In this document: one piece after another, positions 15,744 to 19,751 of the stretch | Layout of the letters: the number at the start of each line of letters is the position of its first letter | How positions within the stretch are numbered: the stretch's first letter is position 1 | Assembly: GCA_023705945.1 (NCBI GenBank) | Contig: BPTM01000196.1 | Location: forward strand, 1-19,751 | Source of the DNA: Candidatus Heimdallarchaeota archaeon | Lineage (GTDB): Archaea > Asgardarchaeota > Heimdallarchaeia > Heimdallarchaeales > Heimdallarchaeaceae | DNA length: 19,751 nt | Direction: 5' to 3' | Notes under the pieces: generated by a model | What the model was told of the DNA's origin: nothing | Seen by the model: the letters and a program-made list of their open reading frames with translations, nothing else | Databases searched by the model: none | Made by a program: the position numbers and the translations under genes

Positions 15744-16354
15744 TAAAACACTTCCTTAAAATAACTTTTCAACCATTCAGGCAGAGAGTTGTTTTGATTT
15801 AAGTTTGTTAAATCTTTAAATGTGTCTATATCTTGATAACAAAAATCATATTCCAAAACTTGATGGTTGATACTGGTCTTAGTGAGATAATTTGCCAATC
15901 TCTTTGCTGATTTTTTCCCATAAAAGAAAGGAAAAGAAACATTTCTGTTGAAACACAAAATACTTGTTCCATAATCTTCTGCAGGTGCTATTATGACTTT
16001 TTTTTCTTGTTCAACAGTCTCCAAAATGCTCTTAATATGGAAATTGTTTATCAAGGGTAAATCCGCCATAATAATCATAATAATATCTTCGTTCATTTTT
16101 GAAGCAAATTTTTGAAGAGAATCATTGAGATTCTTTCCTTGATCTTCAGCTATTTGGTATTTACCATCAAAAGAAATTTTATTCTTTGAAAGAATATACA
16201 AATTTACCTTCTTATCAAGTTTCATAATTTCAGATATTACCTGCTGTGTCATCCTATTAAGAATATATCTGACACTAATTTCATCCATATCTTCTCGTAG
16301 ACGGCTTTTGTCTAAGTCCGTCCCTCTAAACGGGATTACTATTCCAACAGTCAT
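15743..16354 (-). CDS. cofC: CofC/FbiD-like guanylyltransferase of F420 side-chain biosynthesis (MobA-like NTP-transferase fold)
   Basis: The N-terminus is VGIVIPFRGTDLDKSRL (CofC: IPvk....aKtRL) and MADLPLI is also present. The size is about 200 aa and the gene lies in a cofD operon. Sequence similarity is judged by eye and the protein is divergent. Confidence 0.65.
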   Translation of the reverse strand: MTVGIVIPFRGTDLDKSRLREDMDEISVRYILNRMTQQVISEIMKLDKKVNLYILSKNKISFDGKYQIAEDQGKNLNDSLQKFASKMNEDIIMIIMADLPLINNFHIKSILETVEQEKKVIIAPAEDYGTSILCFNRNVSFPFFYGKKSAKRLANYLTKTSINHQVLEYDFCYQDIDTFKDLTNLNQNNSLPEWLKSYFKEVF

Positions 16355-16357
16355 TGT

Positions 16358-17140
16358 CTACCCTTCTAATTGTTGTATTAATTGAGCAATAAAATTTGGA
16401 TATTTGATGAGTGGTCTTGCTACAGATACAGCAATAGCTCCTACTTTTAGCATCTTTTTAACATCTTCTATACATCTTACAGAATTATTGCCAATAACTG
16501 GAATATCGGTAGAGCGACAAAAGAATTCTAATAATTGAATATTTGCAACATTTTTTCCTTTCAACATAGAATCAATATGAATATAGTTAACTTGTTGTTT
16601 CTCTAAACTTTTAATCAAGGCATCCTTATCTCCAACAGAACACCCTCGAATTTTTATGCCTAATTTTGTTTTTTGTAAAGAATTTGAGATACCTGTTAGT
16701 AACTGATTTAATTTCTTTAGGTCCTTAAGCAGACTTTCCCCTCCTCCTAGTGATAGGACTTCTTTTTGTCTACAATGAACATTTAATTCTAGAAAATCTA
16801 TTTTTCCATCTAAAGATTTTAACCATTTTTCAGTAATTTGATCAATGGTTACAATTCGTAGATTAACAGCTGTTTTTTGATTCTTCTTCCTCTTGTTTAG
16901 TAAAAGATTTTGATTAAGCCACTCGGACAACTCATTCGCATTTACCGACGGAATGAATTCCATTCTCCCCCTCTCTTCCATCTTCAAAGATGCATTACAA
17001 TTTAATTTGTCAGCTGGAAATCCACCCAAGGTGACCATACCTGCTCCTAAATCAAGCATCTTTTGACAAAAATCTCTGTTTGCAACACCAGCTATAGCAG
17101 ATTGAGCAATAAGTGGTTTAATTTTAAACATATTTGTCAT
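16358..17140 (-). CDS. Dus/NifR3-related FMN-binding TIM-barrel oxidoreductase (short archaeal form), function unassigned
   Basis: The Dus-like motif order is kept. IAQSAIAGVANRDFCQKM corresponds to laPMaGvTd..FR. IDFLELNVHCRQKEVLSLGGGESLL corresponds to iDiNmGCP..kv...g.GsaLl. LGIKIRG corresponds to vKiR.G. IPVIGNNSVRCIEDVKKML...AVSVARPLIKYPNF corresponds to iPVi.NGdI....a......gvMiGRgal.nP. A GGAGAG SD lies 7 nt upstream of ATG 17140. The gene overlaps the cofD 3' end by 17 nt. Confidence 0.65.
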   Translation of the reverse strand: MTNMFKIKPLIAQSAIAGVANRDFCQKMLDLGAGMVTLGGFPADKLNCNASLKMEERGRMEFIPSVNANELSEWLNQNLLLNKRKKNQKTAVNLRIVTIDQITEKWLKSLDGKIDFLELNVHCRQKEVLSLGGGESLLKDLKKLNQLLTGISNSLQKTKLGIKIRGCSVGDKDALIKSLEKQQVNYIHIDSMLKGKNVANIQLLEFFCRSTDIPVIGNNSVRCIEDVKKMLKVGAIAVSVARPLIKYPNFIAQLIQQLEG

Positions 17141-18071
17141 AAAGTTCTCTCCGATTCAATATAGAACAAGCTAACCTAGAAGCATCTTGAGTGTCTTTGA
17201 ACAAAATTTCTTCTGAAAAAACTTCTAATCCAGTTTTATTTTGTATCTGGTTACTCATATCTGAATCTGTTTTGTCAATTATTAAACATGAACAATAATC
17301 TTTATAGATTTTTGCAATTCCCATTGGTGTAGATTCCAATCCTTCGGCTTTCATGAGCATTTCAGTGGGACCACTAACGGGTTTATTACCAATAAGGGGA
17401 CTTATGGCAATGGTCTTATCCTTATGTTTTCTCAATAATTCTGCAATCTCTCTAACTCGGATTATTGGACCTATACTTGTCACTGGATTACTTGGACCAA
17501 TTATAATTAACTCAGATTTTTCAATTGTACTTCTAACTGCTTCTGGGATTTCAGCACTTTCTAGATTTTTTATGTAAACTTGTTTAATGTTTACTTTTGC
17601 TTTGTATTTAACCCAGAATTCTTGAAAATGAATGTCACCTTTCTTTTCTGTGATAATACGACTCTCTATATGATTGTTTGTGCAAGGAATAATTGTTGAT
17701 TCAATATTTAGAAGGTTTGAAAGAGCTTTTACAATATCCTCTTGAGAGCGCCCTTTTTGAATCATCAGAGTTCTAAAAAGATTAACAGCTAGGTCTTGAT
17801 CACCCAAATTGAACCATGTTGGAAAGCCAAGCAAGTGCAACATCTTCAAAGTGTTGAAAGTGTCGTTTTTTATCCCCCAAAATTTATTTTCATCTAACAA
17901 ACCACTGAACAAGTAGAGTATCGTATCCACATCAGGTGAGATATAAATTCCCGAGAGCCATATATCATCTGCAGTATTAACTATCACAGATAGACTTTCA
18001 TCACTTAAAATAGTTCTAAAACCTTGAATTAACTTTGGGGTTCCTGTTCCTCCTGAAAGGAATGTTATCAT
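17124..18071 (-). CDS. cofD: 2-phospho-L-lactate (LPPG):FO transferase
   Basis: There is a near-canonical CofD N-terminus, MITFLSGGTGTPKLIQGF...SVIVNTADD...YISPDVDTILY. Also present are IIIGPSNPVTSIGPI and ISPLIGNKPVSGPTEMLM. This matches methanogen CofD as I remember it along its full length. Confidence 0.9.
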   Translation of the reverse strand: MITFLSGGTGTPKLIQGFRTILSDESLSVIVNTADDIWLSGIYISPDVDTILYLFSGLLDENKFWGIKNDTFNTLKMLHLLGFPTWFNLGDQDLAVNLFRTLMIQKGRSQEDIVKALSNLLNIESTIIPCTNNHIESRIITEKKGDIHFQEFWVKYKAKVNIKQVYIKNLESAEIPEAVRSTIEKSELIIIGPSNPVTSIGPIIRVREIAELLRKHKDKTIAISPLIGNKPVSGPTEMLMKAEGLESTPMGIAKIYKDYCSCLIIDKTDSDMSNQIQNKTGLEVFSEEILFKDTQDASRLACSILNRRELYDKYV

Positions 18072-18085
18072 AATAAACCCCTAAA

Positions 18086-18946
18086 TTATTTCTTTTTAGC
18101 TGTGGATTTCTTTGCCGCTGGTTTTGCTTTAGTTTTTTTATTTACTTTTTTAGTTGCTTTCTTCTTTTCAGTTGTCTTCTTTTCAGCTGGCTTTGCTTTA
18201 GTCTTTGTTTCAGTTTTAACTGTTGTCTTCTTTTCAGCTGGCTTTGCTTTAGTCTTTGTTTCAGTTTTTGTTTCAGTTTTAGAAGTTGTTTTTTCAGTTA
18301 CTTTTTTAGTTGCTTTCTTCTTCACTGCAGTTTTCTTTTTCTTTGAATCTACTTCTGTAAGACGAAACCGTGAAGTTGATTTTATGACAACTCTATAGTA
18401 AGCTCCTTGTTCTCCTAGTATAGGATTTCTAACAATTCTAAGAACATCACCTGGTTTTGCTTGAATCGCTTTTACGGCAGGATCTGTCTCTAGAATTTTT
18501 GGAATTTGATGTTTTGAGATTTGATATTTTATTAAAAATGATCGGATTTCCTTACTGGTTAATTTAATATGATGAGGGACTACTTCATGATCAAAAATAT
18601 TGAACAATGGGTTTGAACTACTGATAATCTCTATTCCGAGTTTTACAGATTCTTTCTTTGCATAATGAGTCAACGGTGCTTCTGCAATTAGTAATGCTTC
18701 ATCTAATTCCTCTTCAGCCTGAAGTTTACCAAGAATTCTAATTGTTTTTACTCCGACTTGAGGATTTTTTGGAAATCTTGCTAATGCTGTTTTTTTCGTA
18801 TCATCTTCTCCAATCTTTTCCGCATATACGTCCATAAATTCGTCGTCTTCTTTTATCTTAGTTATTTCAAATCCTCTAAATTCGAGTATTTCTTTAACTC
18901 CACTTGCGATTCTTTGCTCTTTTGCTAGTTGTTCCTTAGTTGCCAA
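18086..18946 (-). CDS. rpoH: RNA polymerase subunit H/Rpb5, long form: Rpb5_N-like domain, RpoH/Rpb5_C domain and a lysine-rich repeat tail
   Basis: The C-domain reads FDHEVVPHHIKLTSKEIRSFLIKYQISKHQIPKILETDPAVKAIQAKPGDVLRIVR...GAYYRVV. The N-terminal ~110 aa carries VKEILEFRGFEIT and FPKNPQVGVKTIRI. The last ~84 aa are K/T/A/P/E only. The start is TTG (18944-18946) with a GAGGT SD. Confidence 0.85.
   Translation of the reverse strand: MATKEQLAKEQRIASGVKEILEFRGFEITKIKEDDEFMDVYAEKIGEDDTKKTALARFPKNPQVGVKTIRILGKLQAEEELDEALLIAEAPLTHYAKKESVKLGIEIISSSNPLFNIFDHEVVPHHIKLTSKEIRSFLIKYQISKHQIPKILETDPAVKAIQAKPGDVLRIVRNPILGEQGAYYRVVIKSTSRFRLTEVDSKKKKTAVKKKATKKVTEKTTSKTETKTETKTKAKPAEKKTTVKTETKTKAKPAEKKTTEKKKATKKVNKKTKAKPAAKKSTAKKK
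18143..18322. repeat. Nested direct repeats inside the rpoH tail-coding region
   Basis: A perfect 47-nt direct repeat occurs at 18171-18217 and 18222-18268, with a 51-nt period equal to a 17-aa unit (KTETKTKAKPAEKKTT[V/E]). It is flanked by a perfect 24-nt repeat, TACTTTTTTAGTTGCTTTCTTCTT, at 18143-18166 and 18299-18322. An 11-mer, GTTTCAGTTTT, recurs at 18207, 18258 and 18270. Confidence 0.9.
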
Positions 18947-18980
18947 GAAGGATACCTCTTCCTTCCTTTAATTAATGACA

Positions 18981-18988
18981 TTTAAAAT
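18981..18988 (-). promoter_or_regulatory. TATA-like element (ATTTTAAA on the minus strand, preceded by a purine-rich CAAAAA BRE-like tract) for the rpoH-cofD-dus-cofC-peptidase operon
   Basis: It lies about 39 nt upstream of the TTG start. That would place a TSS near 18960 and leave a short leader containing the GAGGT SD. This is the only A/T box in the 70-nt spacer. Confidence 0.35.
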
Positions 18989-19016
18989 TTTTTGAAGAGT
19001 GAGAGGTTTTTGTTTT

Positions 19017-19373
19017 TTAGTTTTGTTCCTCTTTTGTAGTGAATTTGATGAAATAGGAACCATCCTTATCCCTACTTATAATAGTTTTTTCTTTCCCTGA
19101 TTCTGTTAGAAGTTTCTCTATATCAACCTCAAAAACCCCTTCACTAGTTAGCCGAATTGATTCCAATCCTTCTTGAATATCTGTATTTTCTACTTCTCTT
19201 TCAACTATTATATCTAATTCCTTCTCATCTTGAAATTTTATACTTCCTTCTTTGAAAGTTTTGAACTTGAAAGATCCACAGTTTGGACACCCATTGAGAA
19301 GTATATCGTTTGAAAGGGTAATATCTTTCTCGCAAATTGCACAAATAGTCTTTCTCTTTGATGATTCTGACAT
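19017..19373 (-). CDS. Zn-ribbon protein, DUF2072/COG3364-like
   Basis: The N-terminal ribbon is CAICEKDITLSNDILLNGCPNCGSFKF. The C-terminal segment is LESIRLTSEGVFEVDIEKLL...GSYFIKF. Both fit my recollection of the archaeal DUF2072 family, which is usually found beside the GTPase/DUF2073 pair. Confidence 0.5.
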   Translation of the reverse strand: MSESSKRKTICAICEKDITLSNDILLNGCPNCGSFKFKTFKEGSIKFQDEKELDIIVEREVENTDIQEGLESIRLTSEGVFEVDIEKLLTESGKEKTIISRDKDGSYFIKFTTKEEQN

Positions 19374-19427
19374 GAAATCACTTACTAAATAATATCTAAG
19401 ATAGAGTTTGTGTATAATTATTTATTT

Positions 19428-19748
19428 TTATTCTAGCATGATACTTGATGTGTACCGGAAATTCTCCGCATAACCGCATTCCGGACATCCTTTCTCTTTC
19501 AGTTCTTCTATTGAGTTATATTCCCCACCTTGACCCACAGAATGTATTTTGCCACATTTGCATTCGTAAGGCTGAGGGATTTGTGTACTCTCTCTAAAAT
19601 ACATAGGACCAAAATAATGATTTGGTATAGTTTCATTTGAGTTTTCATTTACATTTAAAACATATAAATCAGAAGTTCTAGTTCCAAGCGGTGTATCAAA
19701 TTCATATTCATTAAATGATTTCTTAACACTTTCAATTGTTAAACTCAT
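19428..19748 (-). CDS. Small zinc-ribbon protein of unknown family
   Basis: This 106-aa protein has putative Zn ligands in YECKCGKIH ... GCPECGY (CxC-x25-CxxC). ATG 19748 lies 3 nt from the window edge, so a longer N-terminus cannot be excluded. Confidence 0.45.
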   Translation of the reverse strand: MSLTIESVKKSFNEYEFDTPLGTRTSDLYVLNVNENSNETIPNHYFGPMYFRESTQIPQPYECKCGKIHSVGQGGEYNSIEELKEKGCPECGYAENFRYTSSIMLE

Positions 19749-19751
19749 TTT

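Noticed and set aside
18102-18398. A 98-aa + strand ORF, extremely F/V/A-rich and resembling a membrane peptide.
   Set aside because: It is the reverse-complement reading of the Lys-rich (AAA/AAG) Rpb5 tail, since TTT/CTT codons give Phe/Leu. It is an artefact of the repeat, not an independent gene.
1-19751. A search for CRISPR arrays, tRNA/rRNA genes, IS elements, integrases, toxin-antitoxin or other defence-island content.
   Set aside because: There are no regularly spaced direct repeats outside the rpoH tail. No intergenic gap is long or GC-rich enough for a structured RNA gene. No transposase, integrase or nuclease motifs or terminal inverted repeats were recognised. The AbrB-like protein is paired with arsM, not with a toxin.

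Overview
The window is an AT-rich (by eye about one-third G+C), very gene-dense archaeal chromosomal segment. I call 25 complete CDS plus one 3' gene fragment at the left edge. Spacers are short and several genes overlap by 1 to 17 nt. The archaeal assignment rests on RpoH/Rpb5, CofC/CofD, a Fap7-type kinase, a GTPase-DUF2073 pair, a DUF2072-like Zn-ribbon protein, TATA-like boxes about 25-30 nt upstream of several start codons, and oligo-T tracts after genes. An Asgard/Lokiarchaeia-like origin is only my inference, from the low G+C and the eukaryote-like Rpb5. I found no rRNA, tRNA, CRISPR array, transposase or integrase, and no intergenic gap exceeds about 230 nt.

Gene content from left to right:
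- GNAT acetyltransferase, DUF302 protein and a SAM methyltransferase.
- A minus-strand sugar cluster: aldo-keto reductase, GPH/MFS transporter and a xylose-isomerase-like TIM barrel.
- A DUF4234 membrane protein.
- A class II aldolase plus class I FBPase pair.
- A YkgJ-type Cys-cluster protein with an acidic coiled-coil tail, then a phosphohexomutase.
- A PlsY homologue.
- An AbrB-like protein with vicinal cysteines, then ArsM.
- Fap7, then DUF2073 and a GTPase.
- A membrane zinc-ribbon protein.
- A tightly coupled five-gene minus-strand operon: rpoH-like, cofD, Dus-like FMN TIM barrel, cofC and an M24B peptidase.
- Two zinc-ribbon proteins.

The two most interesting items:
1. A 286-aa RpoH that appears to be a full-length eukaryote-type Rpb5 (N-terminal jaw domain plus C-terminal domain). 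It also carries a repeat-built, histone-H1-like lysine-rich tail and is uncoupled from rpoB/rpoA.
2. A Dus/NifR3-like flavin TIM-barrel gene wedged between cofD and cofC. It is a candidate for an unassigned redox step of archaeal F420 side-chain biosynthesis.

All family calls come from motif reading by eye. No database search was run.
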